NCBI GenBank assembly: GCA_034669905.1
Contig: JAXMOL010000019.1
Coordinates: forward strand, 71,158 to 135,157
Origin: Candidatus Hydrogenedentota bacterium
Lineage (GTDB): Bacteria > Hydrogenedentota > Hydrogenedentia > Hydrogenedentales > JAEUWI01
DNA length: 64,000 nucleotides
Direction: 5' to 3'
Position 1 is the first letter of the stretch. Each line of letters begins with the position of its first letter. The notes beneath the pieces were generated by a model that made no database searches, was not told the origin of the DNA, and was given only the letters and a program-made list of their open reading frames with translations. Made by a program: the position numbers and the translations under genes. Below are positions 10,574 through 22,329 of this stretch, piece after piece.

Positions 10574-11599
10574 TCACCGTGCACCAGGACCCTGGCGGCG
10601 CTGCAGCAACACGGCTGCAATAATAATGGCGCCGGTCAACATCAGTCGACTGGATTCACCCACGGCATTCAGACTCAGTATTTTCTCAAGGTACCCTATT
10701 GTAAGGGCACCGAGCAACGTCAAGAGTACGCTACCCCGTCCGCCCATGAGGCTCGTGCCCCCAATGACCACAATCGCAATCGCCGTAAGCTCATAGGTCG
10801 CTCCTGCTTCGGGATCCCCCTGGGTCTCCTGGGCGGCCTGGCAAATGCCGGCCACCGCCGCAAAAAATCCGCTGAGCCCATAGGCCAGTATCTTGACACG
10901 GCCCACGGGTACGCCCGAAAGGTGGGCACTGGTCTCGTTCCCGCCGATGGCGTAGAGATAGCGCCCCACCCGCAGCCGCCGGAGCACCACCCACGTTATG
11001 GCCACGCACAGGAGAAACAACACGGTAACAACGGCCACGTTGCCGCCGAGTATGCGGTTATCCAGCGTGGAAAATATGGGCGGCAACGGCACACTCTCGA
11101 AGTGCCCGGCTTCGCTTTGAATATAGGTGGATATTTTTTGGCCGCCGGAAAGGGACTTGGCCAGACCACGGGCGAAGACCATCATGGCCAGGGTCACAAT
11201 AAAGGGCTGGAGGGCATAGCGGGCCACAAGGGCACCGGATACAAGGCCGCACAAGGCCCCGGCCGAAAGACAGAGCGGGATGGCCACATAGGGCGACCAC
11301 CCCTGATGGATGGTCATCATGGAGAACAGGACGGCCACCAGGCCCAGCACGCTTCCGACCGAGAGGTCGATTCCCGCGGTTATGATGACCAGGGTCATGC
11401 CACAGGCCAGCATGCCGTAGACAGAGACCTGGCGCAGCATATCACGGTGGGTATTCCAGTCGAAGAAGGCCCCGTCAGCATGGAAGACCGCCCCGAGCAG
11501 GAGAATTACCACGAGGGCCAGGGCAGCGCGTATCAGGGGAGCTGCCATCATGTTCGACAGGGCCCGAAAGGAATGTAGCCACTTAGAAATCACGTTCAT
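10574..11599 (-). CDS. Sugar ABC transporter permease (RbsC-like)
   Basis: GIDLSVGS, PFIVTL, YAIGGNE, YELTAIAIVVIGGTSLMGGRG. Confidence 0.93.
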   Translation of the reverse strand: MNVISKWLHSFRALSNMMAAPLIRAALALVVILLLGAVFHADGAFFDWNTHRDMLRQVSVYGMLACGMTLVIITAGIDLSVGSVLGLVAVLFSMMTIHQGWSPYVAIPLCLSAGALCGLVSGALVARYALQPFIVTLAMMVFARGLAKSLSGGQKISTYIQSEAGHFESVPLPPIFSTLDNRILGGNVAVVTVLFLLCVAITWVVLRRLRVGRYLYAIGGNETSAHLSGVPVGRVKILAYGLSGFFAAVAGICQAAQETQGDPEAGATYELTAIAIVVIGGTSLMGGRGSVLLTLLGALTIGYLEKILSLNAVGESSRLMLTGAIIIAAVLLQRRQGPGAR

Positions 11600-12482
11600 C
11601 CCCGAGCGAATTGGCCGCCAACTCATTCTCAGACGCCTGGTGACCAGGCGGGTGCAGGGTCCATTCCTCCTCGTAGACCAGGGGCGCCCCCACATTAACC
11701 CCGGTCTGGGTGCCCTCCAGGGCCAACTGGCTGGTGAGACTGGCGTCGTCTACCAGGGCTACGATTTGAAGGGGGGCCGACGAATCCTCCCCCGCACTGT
11801 GCATGCGGCCCCTGCGGGACCAGGTTCCAAAGGGGCTCTCCACCGAGGTGGGCCCGCCGAGGGTCTTCAATACGACATGAGAGCGCCCTTTCCGCCGGGC
11901 GAGCTCGATCCGGTAGTCGGAGCCGGAAGATGCCACGAAGTCCGTAAAGCCCGGAAAGGCACCCCGAAGGAGCTGAAGCCCCCCTTCCGGGCGAGGCGGT
12001 ATCACGAGGGAGGCGCCCCAGGGTATCTGGGCTGTTACGCGAATGGTAACGGACCGTTCCTCCTTGCGGGAGGACAGCACGGACACCCGGTAGGTAACCC
12101 GGGCCTCGTCGCCGTAGAGCCGGTATTCCTTTTTCAGCTGCAGATCAGAGCGGGGACTCTTCGGGCCCATGAGCAGGAGATAATTGGGACGGTGAACCAC
12201 CACGGAGGCAGGCCCCCGGCGCAGGACGGCATCGGCTTCGCTCACGGGCAACACATCGGTCATGATACCGCCCGGTTGCACCAGGCCCGGCTCATTGTAT
12301 TGCCGTTCGGTCAGGTAGAGGGGATCCACAAAATTGGGCCCCCCCGGACGTCCCAGGTATCGGATAGAGTAGGTGCGGGGCTCCACCTCCAGTCGGATGG
12401 CATCGTTTTCCAAGACGACGCCCGCCGCTCCGAAGGGCAGCCAGAAGGCTGTCAGCCATGGAACGATGGAAAGGGCACCCAC
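11583..12482 (-). CDS. Secreted hypothetical protein, possibly aldose-epimerase-like beta-sandwich
   Basis: Signal-like N-terminus, VLENDAIRLEVEP start, beta-rich composition; overlaps permease start. Confidence 0.55.
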   Translation of the reverse strand: MGALSIVPWLTAFWLPFGAAGVVLENDAIRLEVEPRTYSIRYLGRPGGPNFVDPLYLTERQYNEPGLVQPGGIMTDVLPVSEADAVLRRGPASVVVHRPNYLLLMGPKSPRSDLQLKKEYRLYGDEARVTYRVSVLSSRKEERSVTIRVTAQIPWGASLVIPPRPEGGLQLLRGAFPGFTDFVASSGSDYRIELARRKGRSHVVLKTLGGPTSVESPFGTWSRRGRMHSAGEDSSAPLQIVALVDDASLTSQLALEGTQTGVNVGAPLVYEEEWTLHPPGHQASENELAANSLGDERDF

Positions 12483-12584
12483 GAAGCGAATCCCTGTTGG
12501 TTGTAACGGAGCTCATGCAATCGCTCCCTCCATTCTACGATGCGTGGACGCGGGGAACAAGGGCGAAATTCCCGTAATACCGGC

Positions 12585-12613
12585 TTGCAATAGGCTTTTT
12601 CGCATGCTAGCAT
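12585..12613 (+). promoter_or_regulatory. Sigma70-type promoter for cysK
   Basis: TTGCAA-17 nt-TAGCAT. Confidence 0.55.
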
Positions 12614-12649
12614 TGCACCAATATTGCGCAACTCGGCACTGCAATTCAG

Positions 12650-12750
12650 CAGTTTCGAGGAGGGATTCGAGGGATCGTCTTCCGGAAGAGTCTGGCGTGC
12701 GCGCCTGGGTGCCCCTTTTCCGACCCGATCAACAAAACAATGAGGATCTG
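12650..12750 (+). promoter_or_regulatory. Candidate SAM-I-like (variant) riboswitch in cysK leader
   Basis: Motif order TTC-GAGGAG, stem GGATTC/GAGTCT, GAGGGA, GAA, GGC...GGTGCC, TTCC, GGAT mirrors SAM-I; several conserved positions differ. Confidence 0.4.
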
Positions 12751-12755
12751 TGGAC

Positions 12756-13688
12756 ATGCCTGTCTTTGAGGACAATAGCCGAAGCATCGGCAACACGCCG
12801 TTGGTAAAATTACATAAACTGGCCGCCGGACTGAAGACCGAGAAAGTCTACGCCAAAATCGAAGGGCGAAATCCCGCCTATTCCGTCAAGTGCCGCATTG
12901 GCGCGGCCATGATTTGGGACGCAGAAGAGCGTGGCATCCTCCAGCCCGGGGGCACCATTGTAGAGCCCACGTCGGGCAATACCGGCATCGCGCTGGCCTT
13001 CGTGGCCGCCGCCCGTGGCTACAAGCTGATTCTCACCATGCCCGAGACCATGAGCCTGGAACGGCGCAGTATGCTGAAGGCCTTTGGTGCCGATCTCGTG
13101 CTTACACCAGGCGACAAGGGCATGCCGGGCGCAATTGCCGAAGCCGAAAAGATCGCGGCCGAGAATCCCGATTATTTTCTCCCCCAACAGTTTAAGAACC
13201 CGGCCAATCCGGCCATCCACCAGAAGACTACCGGGCCGGAAATCTGGAATGATACGGACGGTGACGTCGATGTCTTTGTCGCGGGCGTCGGCACCGGCGG
13301 CACCATAACGGGCGTCTCCCGTTTCTTCAAGAATGACAAGGGCAAGCAGATTGAAGTGGTTGCTGTTGAGCCCGAGAATTCCCCGGTGATGGGTGGCGGA
13401 AGCCCCGGTAAGCACAAGGTTCAGGGTATTGGTGCAGGCTTCATTCCGGACATTCTGGATATGGACCTCATTGATAAGATCGAGACCATTACGGATGACG
13501 AAGCCTTCTCTACGGCGCGGCGCCTTGCCCAGGAAGAGGGCATCATCTGCGGCATCAGTTGTGGTGCCGCGGCGGCGGTCGCTCTCCGACTTGCGAATCA
13601 GGAAGCCTATGCGGGCAAGACCATTGTGGTGGTGTTGCCTGACTCCGGGGAACGCTACCTCTCCACCCCCCTCTTTCAAGAGAACTAA
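12756..13688 (+). CDS. cysK: Cysteine synthase A
   Basis: [43 protein letters not shown]. Confidence 0.97.
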   Translation: MPVFEDNSRSIGNTPLVKLHKLAAGLKTEKVYAKIEGRNPAYSVKCRIGAAMIWDAEERGILQPGGTIVEPTSGNTGIALAFVAAARGYKLILTMPETMSLERRSMLKAFGADLVLTPGDKGMPGAIAEAEKIAAENPDYFLPQQFKNPANPAIHQKTTGPEIWNDTDGDVDVFVAGVGTGGTITGVSRFFKNDKGKQIEVVAVEPENSPVMGGGSPGKHKVQGIGAGFIPDILDMDLIDKIETITDDEAFSTARRLAQEEGIICGISCGAAAAVALRLANQEAYAGKTIVVVLPDSGERYLSTPLFQEN

Positions 13689-13702
13689 TGGGGCACACGT
13701 AA

Positions 13703-15106
<1,404 letters not shown>

Positions 15107-15231
15107 CACGATTGGCGGGGACTTAATCACCTCCGCCCCGGCACCGGAATGAACTCGCTGACCGGGCGGCAATATGGCCGCCCGGTTCTGAATACTCCCC
15201 GCCAGGGGGCCGCGTTTAAGGAATTGAATTT

Positions 15232-17058
15232 ATGGCAGATGCTGCATCGGTCGGGATTGTAACGCCCCAGTTTTACACCTTTGCGGAAGCACCGCACGAA
15301 CTTGAGTTGGAGTGTGGTGTCCGGTTGGGTCCCATCACGTTGGCCTACGAAACCTATGGCACCCTCAATGAAACCGGCTCCAATGCCATCTTGATTACCC
15401 ACGCCCTTTCGGGCGATGCGCACGTGGCGGGGCTGCATCACGAGGAGGACGCCAAGCCCGGCTGGTGGGATTCCATGGTGGGCCCCGGAAAAGCCTTTGA
15501 TACCAATCGCTACTTCGTGGTGTGCTCCAATGTCCTCGGGGGCTGTCGGGGCACGACCGGCCCTGCGGCCATCAATCCGGCCACGGGCAAGGCCTATGGA
15601 TTGGACTTCCCCGTCATCACGATTGGCGACATGGTCCAGGCGCAGCGCCATCTTGTTGACCACCTGGGCATCGATACCTTGCTGGCCGTGGCCGGTGGCT
15701 CTATGGGGGGCATGCAGGCCCTGGAATGGGCCACCCGCTACCCCGACCGGGTCGGCTCTGCCATGATTATCGCGTCTACCCATACGAGTGGAGCCCAGCA
15801 GATCGCCTTTGATGCGGTGGGCCGCCACGCCATCCAGGGCGACAAGGATTTTCAGAACGGCGATTATTACGGCACCGAGGGTCCTTCTCAGGGGCTGGCC
15901 ATCGCGCGGATGCTCGCCCACATCACCTATCTTTCCGACGAATCGATGCGGCTCAAGTTTGGACGCAATCTTCGCAGTGCCGATCAGCTCAAGTACGATT
16001 TTGACAGCGAGTTCGCGGTGGAAACCTACCTGGATTACCAGGGCGAGCAATTTGTTAACCGCTTTGATGCCAACACCTATCTCTACGTCACCAAGGCGAT
16101 GGACTATTTCGATATTGCGTCGCGCTTCGGCTCCCTGGATGAAGCGATGAAGGTGATTACGAGTAAGATCCTGGTCCTCTCCTTCTCTTCGGACTGGCTC
16201 TACCCACCCTATTTTTCCGAGGATATCGTCTACGCCCTCGCCCGACAGCGCAAGAACGTAACCTACTGTAATATCCAGTCGGCCTATGGCCATGACGCCT
16301 TTCTATTGGAAGTCAATGTGCTGTCCAAGATCATCGGTGGCTTCCTGGACCATATGAAGAACCCGGATCTGGTGCGCAGTGTGCAAAACCTGGTTTCCGA
16401 CTCAGAAACCGATGTGCCCCCCCCTTCTGCCGCGCAGGAAAACATTTACGAAGGCCACCGTGTCGACTATGACATGATCACCAACCTCGTGGAAGAAGAC
16501 AGCCGGGTCCTCGACATCGGCTGCGGCGACGGGGCCTTGCTCGCACAGCTCGTCCGGACCAAGAACGTTCAGGGGATGGGACTCGAGTTGGCCCAGGGCA
16601 GTGTGGTCACCTGCGTGCGCCGGGGCATCTCGGTGGTGCAGGCGGACATCGACAAGGGGCTCAGTGCCTTGCCGGACCAGAGCTTTGACTACGTCATTTT
16701 AAGCATGACCCTCCAGGTCATCAAGAAGCCTGACCTGGCACTCCGCGAAATGCTGCGGGTCGGTAAGAAGTGTATCGTCAGCTTTCCCAATTTCGGGCAT
16801 TGGCGGGTACGTTGGATTACCTTTTTTGAGGGGCGGGCCCCCGTTACACGAAACCTGCCGTACGCGTGGTATCAGACCCCCAACCGACATGTATTGGCCA
16901 TCGATGATTTCCGCAAGATGTGTCGGACCCTGAACGCCGAGATCGAGAAGGAGATCCCCCTGTATTCCCAGGGCGAAGCGACCTTCTGGCCCAATCTCTT
17001 CGCCGAAGAAGCCCTCTATCTGCTTGCATCCTCCGAAAAGGCGGCCGACCCGGACTGA
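15232..17058 (+). CDS. metX: Homoserine O-acetyltransferase fused to MetW-like methyltransferase
   Basis: HALSGD, GGSMGG, YGHDAF; C-terminal VLDIGCGDG, SFPNFGHW, WYQTPNRH. Confidence 0.92.
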   Translation: MADAASVGIVTPQFYTFAEAPHELELECGVRLGPITLAYETYGTLNETGSNAILITHALSGDAHVAGLHHEEDAKPGWWDSMVGPGKAFDTNRYFVVCSNVLGGCRGTTGPAAINPATGKAYGLDFPVITIGDMVQAQRHLVDHLGIDTLLAVAGGSMGGMQALEWATRYPDRVGSAMIIASTHTSGAQQIAFDAVGRHAIQGDKDFQNGDYYGTEGPSQGLAIARMLAHITYLSDESMRLKFGRNLRSADQLKYDFDSEFAVETYLDYQGEQFVNRFDANTYLYVTKAMDYFDIASRFGSLDEAMKVITSKILVLSFSSDWLYPPYFSEDIVYALARQRKNVTYCNIQSAYGHDAFLLEVNVLSKIIGGFLDHMKNPDLVRSVQNLVSDSETDVPPPSAAQENIYEGHRVDYDMITNLVEEDSRVLDIGCGDGALLAQLVRTKNVQGMGLELAQGSVVTCVRRGISVVQADIDKGLSALPDQSFDYVILSMTLQVIKKPDLALREMLRVGKKCIVSFPNFGHWRVRWITFFEGRAPVTRNLPYAWYQTPNRHVLAIDDFRKMCRTLNAEIEKEIPLYSQGEATFWPNLFAEEALYLLASSEKAADPD

Positions 17059-17061
17059 CCG

Positions 17062-18990
17062 TCAGCCCCGTTTCGCTTCCAGTTCTTCCCACCGGGCGAA
17101 GAGGGACTCGACCTGATCCTGGGCAGCCTTGAGCGCGTTCAATTCCGCCTGCACGGCTTCGTGCCCCTTCTCGTAGAAGTCGGGGGCCTGAATGGACGCC
17201 TCCAAGGCCTCCACCGTCGCCTCGGCCTCGGCGATAGCACGTTCCATATTGCCCAGTTCCTGCTTCTCTTTGTAGCTCAGCCGGGCCGGTGCACTCTTTC
17301 GTGGGGCCCCCGAACTCTCCGCCGCTTTGACCTTGGCTTTTGCCACGGCCTTCTCGTCGGCCGCCCTTCGCTCCCGGTAGAGTACGTAGTCGTCATAGTT
17401 ACCCACAATGACCACCACTTCACCATCGGGTTCAAAGACCAGCATATGGGTGCAGACCCGGTTGAGGAAGTAGCGATCGTGGCTCACGATCATGGCACAG
17501 CCGGAAAAGCCGTCGATGGTCTCTTCGAGCACCCGCAGGGTGTAGAGGTCCAGATCGTTGGTCGGTTCGTCGAGAATGAGAAAGTTGCCGCCATGAAGGA
17601 GCTTTTTCACCATATCGAGGCGATTAAATTCACCGCCGGAAAGCCGCCCGATGGGCATCTCCAGGGCATTCGCATCGAAGAGGAAGTTCCCCAGGTAGGC
17701 GGGAATGTAGACCCGGCGTTTGTTCACTTCCCAATAGCGGGCGCCATCGGCCACGTGATCGATGATACTCATCGAGCGATCGACCTCATCATGATTCTGA
17801 TCGACGTAGAGGAAGCGGGTATTCTCCCCGATAATAACCTTGCCCTTCTTGGGCCTGGCCTTCCCCATGAGTACCTTCAACAGCGTCGTTTTGCCGGCAC
17901 CATTGGGCCCCACGATGCCCACCCGCATATCGGCCTGCATGGTCAAGGTGAAGTTGCGAATCAGCGTGCGCCCTTCGATAGCGTAGGTGATATCGCGGGC
18001 TTCCAGGATGGTCTTCCCCAATCGCTCGGGCTCGGGGATTTCAAAGACAAATTCACGGTGTTTCTGCGGAGGCCCCTGCTCCTGAACATCCATCAGGCGG
18101 TCAATGCGCGCTTTCTGCTTGGTGCTTCGTGCCTTGGCCCCCCGTTTGTACCACGCCAGTTCCCGCCGGATGAGCGCCTGGCGATTGGATTCGGTGCGCC
18201 CTTCACTCAACTCCACCTGGCACTTGTACTCCAGAAACTTCGCGTAGGTGCCCGGAAAAGAGTAAAGGCGATTGAACTCAATTTCAACAATACGGTTTAC
18301 GATCCGGTCAAGAAAGTACCGGTCGTGGGTAACGAGCACACAGCTGCCCTCGTACTGCTCGAGAAAGCGTTCAATCCACTCCACGCTCTGGGTATCGATG
18401 TGGTTGGTAGGTTCGTCAAGAATGAGCACGTCGGGACGGTGAAGCAGCTTGTGCGCCAGGTCCACACGCCTCAACTCCCCCCCCGACAGGGAATTGAGCG
18501 GCCGGTCATCGTCGACCAGCCCCAGGGCCATGCGGATCCGGTTGATCTCCAGATCGAGCCCCCAGTCATTGGCCAGATCGATGGCATGCTGAAGCTCGTG
18601 GGTGCTATGGGCTAGCTCTTCGTGCTCCGGACTTCCGTCGGGCAGGGTCGAAAGCACTTCAAGTTGACGGTGATACTCGTCCACGCGGGCCTGTCGATCT
18701 GCGACCGCCGAGTCCAATGCTTCGCGAACCGTCCAGTTTTCCGGAAGGGGGCATTGCTGCTGGAGCAGGGCCACGGCGACGCCCTGACGTACGACCACTT
18801 CACCTTCATCGGGTTCGATGAGGCCCGCCATAATCTTGAGAAGCGTGGATTTTCCACAGCCGTTCCGGCCGATAAGCCCAACCCGGTCACCTTCGTGCAC
18901 GGTAACGGACATTTCATTTAAGACAGGTTGAGAACCAAAACTATGGGTCACTTCCTGGACGCTCAAAACCGCCTTGGGGGCATGGGACAT
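17062..18990 (-). CDS. ABC-F family ATPase (Uup-like)
   Basis: Two ABC domains (GRNGCGKS, GPNGAGKT, LSGGE, LDEPTN), ARSTKQKARI linker, C-terminal coiled coil LSYKEKQEL. Confidence 0.93.
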   Translation of the reverse strand: MSHAPKAVLSVQEVTHSFGSQPVLNEMSVTVHEGDRVGLIGRNGCGKSTLLKIMAGLIEPDEGEVVVRQGVAVALLQQQCPLPENWTVREALDSAVADRQARVDEYHRQLEVLSTLPDGSPEHEELAHSTHELQHAIDLANDWGLDLEINRIRMALGLVDDDRPLNSLSGGELRRVDLAHKLLHRPDVLILDEPTNHIDTQSVEWIERFLEQYEGSCVLVTHDRYFLDRIVNRIVEIEFNRLYSFPGTYAKFLEYKCQVELSEGRTESNRQALIRRELAWYKRGAKARSTKQKARIDRLMDVQEQGPPQKHREFVFEIPEPERLGKTILEARDITYAIEGRTLIRNFTLTMQADMRVGIVGPNGAGKTTLLKVLMGKARPKKGKVIIGENTRFLYVDQNHDEVDRSMSIIDHVADGARYWEVNKRRVYIPAYLGNFLFDANALEMPIGRLSGGEFNRLDMVKKLLHGGNFLILDEPTNDLDLYTLRVLEETIDGFSGCAMIVSHDRYFLNRVCTHMLVFEPDGEVVVIVGNYDDYVLYRERRAADEKAVAKAKVKAAESSGAPRKSAPARLSYKEKQELGNMERAIAEAEATVEALEASIQAPDFYEKGHEAVQAELNALKAAQDQVESLFARWEELEAKRG

Positions 18991-19104
18991 AATAGACTAC
19001 TCTCAGGGATGGGGAAAAGATAAACGCGGTAACATACACCGTTTGGGCATGGAGATGCAAAAGTCACGGCGTTTATTCCGCCATACCTCCCCTCTGAATG
19101 GCGA

Positions 19105-19797
19105 CTAACCGTGCAGCCACTCCGCAATCACCTGGACCGCCTCTGCCGGAATAACATGTTCGCCATCGAAATAATAGCAGGTGGGAGGATGACCGACGTT
19201 TCGCAGTACTTGTTCGGCCTCCTCCGCCTTGCTGAACGGCACGATCCCATCGCTTTTCCCGTGCACGAGCAGGACTGGGAGCTGTTCCGCCGCGGAGATG
19301 GCCCCGTGCACATCGGCGGGCAAGTCTCCCCCGCACGCAATGATACCGGCTACCGGGCGACCACCCAACAGGTGGTAACGATAGGCGATGGATACCCCCT
19401 GGCTGAAGCCCAGGATATAGGGTGCTATCGTAAGGCCCGTGTTGGCCTTCACCTCCTTCAAGACCTTATCGATAAGAGCAATCAGGTTGACCATCGCCCG
19501 ATTGCGGTCATAGGTGGTCAGCCAGGAAAATCCGACTTTCCGGGTCGTCATGTCCAGATACATCTGGTGAGGCCCCTGGGGCGCGACCACCAGGATATTC
19601 TCTTCTTTGAGCGCACTAAAGCGACGGAGGAATGACCGACAGTTTTGTCCCCAGCCATGAAGGACGCAGAGCAATCGGGTATCCGAATTGATGCCCCCTG
19701 TGGGCTCCTGAATGGCATAGTATGCCGTCCCCTGAACAGGGACCGCCGAAACGCCGGCGGGTGTGTCCCACTCGGGAACGCCGCGAAATGCCTTCAC
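19105..19797 (-). CDS. Phospholipase/carboxylesterase-family alpha/beta hydrolase
   Basis: LHGWG, GFSQG, HGKSDGIVP, GEH. Confidence 0.88.
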   Translation of the reverse strand: MKAFRGVPEWDTPAGVSAVPVQGTAYYAIQEPTGGINSDTRLLCVLHGWGQNCRSFLRRFSALKEENILVVAPQGPHQMYLDMTTRKVGFSWLTTYDRNRAMVNLIALIDKVLKEVKANTGLTIAPYILGFSQGVSIAYRYHLLGGRPVAGIIACGGDLPADVHGAISAAEQLPVLLVHGKSDGIVPFSKAEEAEQVLRNVGHPPTCYYFDGEHVIPAEAVQVIAEWLHG

Positions 19798-19821
19798 AGG
19801 TACAACTCCTTCCTGGCCTAT

Positions 19822-19852
19822 AAGAAAGGCCGCCCGTTAGTCGCGGGCGGCC
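19822..19852 (-). terminator. Intrinsic terminator after pilQ
   Basis: GGCCGCCCG stem-loop followed by TTTCTT on the minus strand. Confidence 0.6.
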
Positions 19853-19876
19853 GGTGTATACGAATCAATTCAAGCG

Positions 19877-22327
19877 CTACTTGGAGTGCTTGCGCCATTT
19901 CCAGGCGGGGTCACGCATTTCGCTGGGATAGACCGCATCGTGAATAAGCGCGGTCTCCGCACTCACTTCGAGACGGGCGTCCCGGACTTGCTCCACCCGT
20001 TCCTGCTGGTAGGCAGTCATCGGTACGTCGTCATCGAGCACCGTGCACGTCAGAAAGATAAGCAGTTCGTTGACGGTCTCACTCCGCTGGTTGGAGCGGA
20101 AGAGGAAGTTCATTACGGGCACGTCACCCAACACGGGCACTTTTCGGATGCTGACCGTGTCGTTATTCTTGCGCAGTCCACCGACGTAGATGGTCTGGCC
20201 ACTGGCGATATGGGGCGTGGTCTCAATCTGACGCTTGTCTTCCACCGGAATGCCATTGACCTCCTGCGACGAGGTACTTTCCTTCGCAAGAATCTTGGCG
20301 ATAATGTGGTTGTCATGGGTGACCGTAGGCGTCACGGTCAACTCCGTACCAATCGGCTTGAATTCCGTGCTCGTCTGCTGACCACCCTGCTCGGTTTGCG
20401 TCAACTCCACGTAGGGAATCTCGGACGCGATGAGGATAGTGGCTGGCTGGTTTTCCACCGTAATCAGCTTGGGGTTGGATAACAACGTGGAATTGTTGTT
20501 CCGCACCTCGGCCTGGATTACGCCACGCCAATCTATGTCGCCAGACAGAATACCGAAATTAAGCAGTCCGGCCGCATCGCCAATACTGAGATTGGAGTCG
20601 AGGCTCAATTCCTGCAGATTGCCGGTAAAGATGCCCGTGTTACCCGCTGCGTCCCGACGGCTTTGGCTCTGAACGGCACTGATTAGCCAGTCTACGCCGG
20701 TATCGGCCGCATCGGTAAGGGTTACGTCAACAATGAGTCCCTCGATAGCCACCGACTTGGCAGGAATATCGAGCTGCTCAACGAGGGCGGTAATCTGCTC
20801 GACGATGATCGGGATATCCGTAACCACCAGGATGCGCGCGCGCTGGTCGACCGTAACCTGGCCCACTTCCTTCGTGAGGATGCCTTCAATGACAGCGAGC
20901 ATGTCGTCGGGATCTGCATAGTTCAGTTTGATGGGCATGGTCACCGTCGGCAGGACCATTTGCTCGACGTCCAGCCGTTTGGCCATACGCACCAGCGGCT
21001 CAATCTGATCCACGGGACCAGAAACAATGATGGTACTCGCGATCTTGTTGGCGGAAATGCTGATCAGGGATTCGTATTCGGAACCCGTAATTACGTCTTC
21101 CAACGTCTTCTTGATTTCTTCCGCATCCGAATTCTCAATATCGACCACTTCCGTCCGACGGTCCGCGGCGATAGCTTCGAGGTAGGGCTTGATGTGATAG
21201 ATGCCTTCCTCTTCGACAATACCGAGGCCATTGACGCGCAGGGCGGTTTCCATCGCCTGCTTCAGCGGTACGTTCTTAAGATTCAGGGAAACCGTACCCT
21301 GCAGGTTCTCACCGGCGACCACATTGATCTGGGCCATGCCGGCCAGGATTTGAACGGCATTGATAAGGTTCATATCCCGGAAGTCGATGGTCACGGGCTG
21401 CTGCATGGGGTCGCCCCGCCATACCTTCCGGGGCGCAACCTCGGGGGCCTCGCCCAGAGGGGGCGCTTCGGCAGCAATCATTTGCTTGGCCAATTCGCGG
21501 TTGGCTTCGACGCTCTTCGGCGCCTGAGGCTCGCGGGCCGTTGGCGGTGTAACCGGTTCTTCTTCCTCTACGGCACTTTCTGCTTCCTCGACGACGGGCG
21601 CTTCTTCCGTTGCGGGTGCTTCGGCGGTATCTTCATCCTGAGCGGCGAAGGCGACAGAATTATAGGCGGTGACGTTAACGTCGGCCTCTCGGACCGAACG
21701 CAACATCGCTTTCATCTCGTCCCGGGAAGAACCACGCCACCAATCCTGGCGCTCCGATTCCTGCTCCGTAGCCGCGACGGCCAGCAGGTCCGCTTTCAGC
21801 GCCTGTTCCCGCGTCGGCTTGGTCACTTGCATGACGGGATAGGGCGTGGCGATTACGTTCAACGTAAATTCGTCGCTGCCACTACGAAGCACGACGGACA
21901 TTCCATCGGGCGTTTCGTGCGTTTCGACTTCCGCCGCCTGCGCGAGCGTCAGATCGATTCGGGCCTCCGTCTCGTGTCCCCAGGTCGACTCGATGAGATT
22001 GAGCGAGGCCAGGAGCTTGTCCCCCACCTCAACCACGCCCGCCATATCGGCCGGGATACGACTGTTCATCAACAGCAACCGACGCGTGTCGGGTTCCGCT
22101 CCTTCGGCGATCAGCAGGCCCTGAACGGATTCCACGTGGAGATCCAGATGATTGGCTCCCGCGGTCGGTCCGTTTACCCGGTGAACCGTTGCACACGGCT
22201 GGGCCTTACTTGATGTCGCTACCGTATCGCTGTCCGCCTGTGCGGAGCCGGAACGGAGCATTGGTGCCATGCTGAGAAGCACCGTCAGGACGATAATAAC
22301 CCTGGCATTCCATCGCTTCCTGGTCAT
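19877..22327 (-). CDS. pilQ: Type IV pilus secretin PilQ
   Basis: N0 domain (TIDFRDM, VSLNLKNVP), N3 repeats, secretin core (LSNPKLIT, KVPVLGDVP, ELLIFLT); last gene of pilMNOP cluster. Confidence 0.9.
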   Translation of the reverse strand: MTRKRWNARVIIVLTVLLSMAPMLRSGSAQADSDTVATSSKAQPCATVHRVNGPTAGANHLDLHVESVQGLLIAEGAEPDTRRLLLMNSRIPADMAGVVEVGDKLLASLNLIESTWGHETEARIDLTLAQAAEVETHETPDGMSVVLRSGSDEFTLNVIATPYPVMQVTKPTREQALKADLLAVAATEQESERQDWWRGSSRDEMKAMLRSVREADVNVTAYNSVAFAAQDEDTAEAPATEEAPVVEEAESAVEEEEPVTPPTAREPQAPKSVEANRELAKQMIAAEAPPLGEAPEVAPRKVWRGDPMQQPVTIDFRDMNLINAVQILAGMAQINVVAGENLQGTVSLNLKNVPLKQAMETALRVNGLGIVEEEGIYHIKPYLEAIAADRRTEVVDIENSDAEEIKKTLEDVITGSEYESLISISANKIASTIIVSGPVDQIEPLVRMAKRLDVEQMVLPTVTMPIKLNYADPDDMLAVIEGILTKEVGQVTVDQRARILVVTDIPIIVEQITALVEQLDIPAKSVAIEGLIVDVTLTDAADTGVDWLISAVQSQSRRDAAGNTGIFTGNLQELSLDSNLSIGDAAGLLNFGILSGDIDWRGVIQAEVRNNNSTLLSNPKLITVENQPATILIASEIPYVELTQTEQGGQQTSTEFKPIGTELTVTPTVTHDNHIIAKILAKESTSSQEVNGIPVEDKRQIETTPHIASGQTIYVGGLRKNNDTVSIRKVPVLGDVPVMNFLFRSNQRSETVNELLIFLTCTVLDDDVPMTAYQQERVEQVRDARLEVSAETALIHDAVYPSEMRDPAWKWRKHSK

Positions 22328-22329
22328 AT

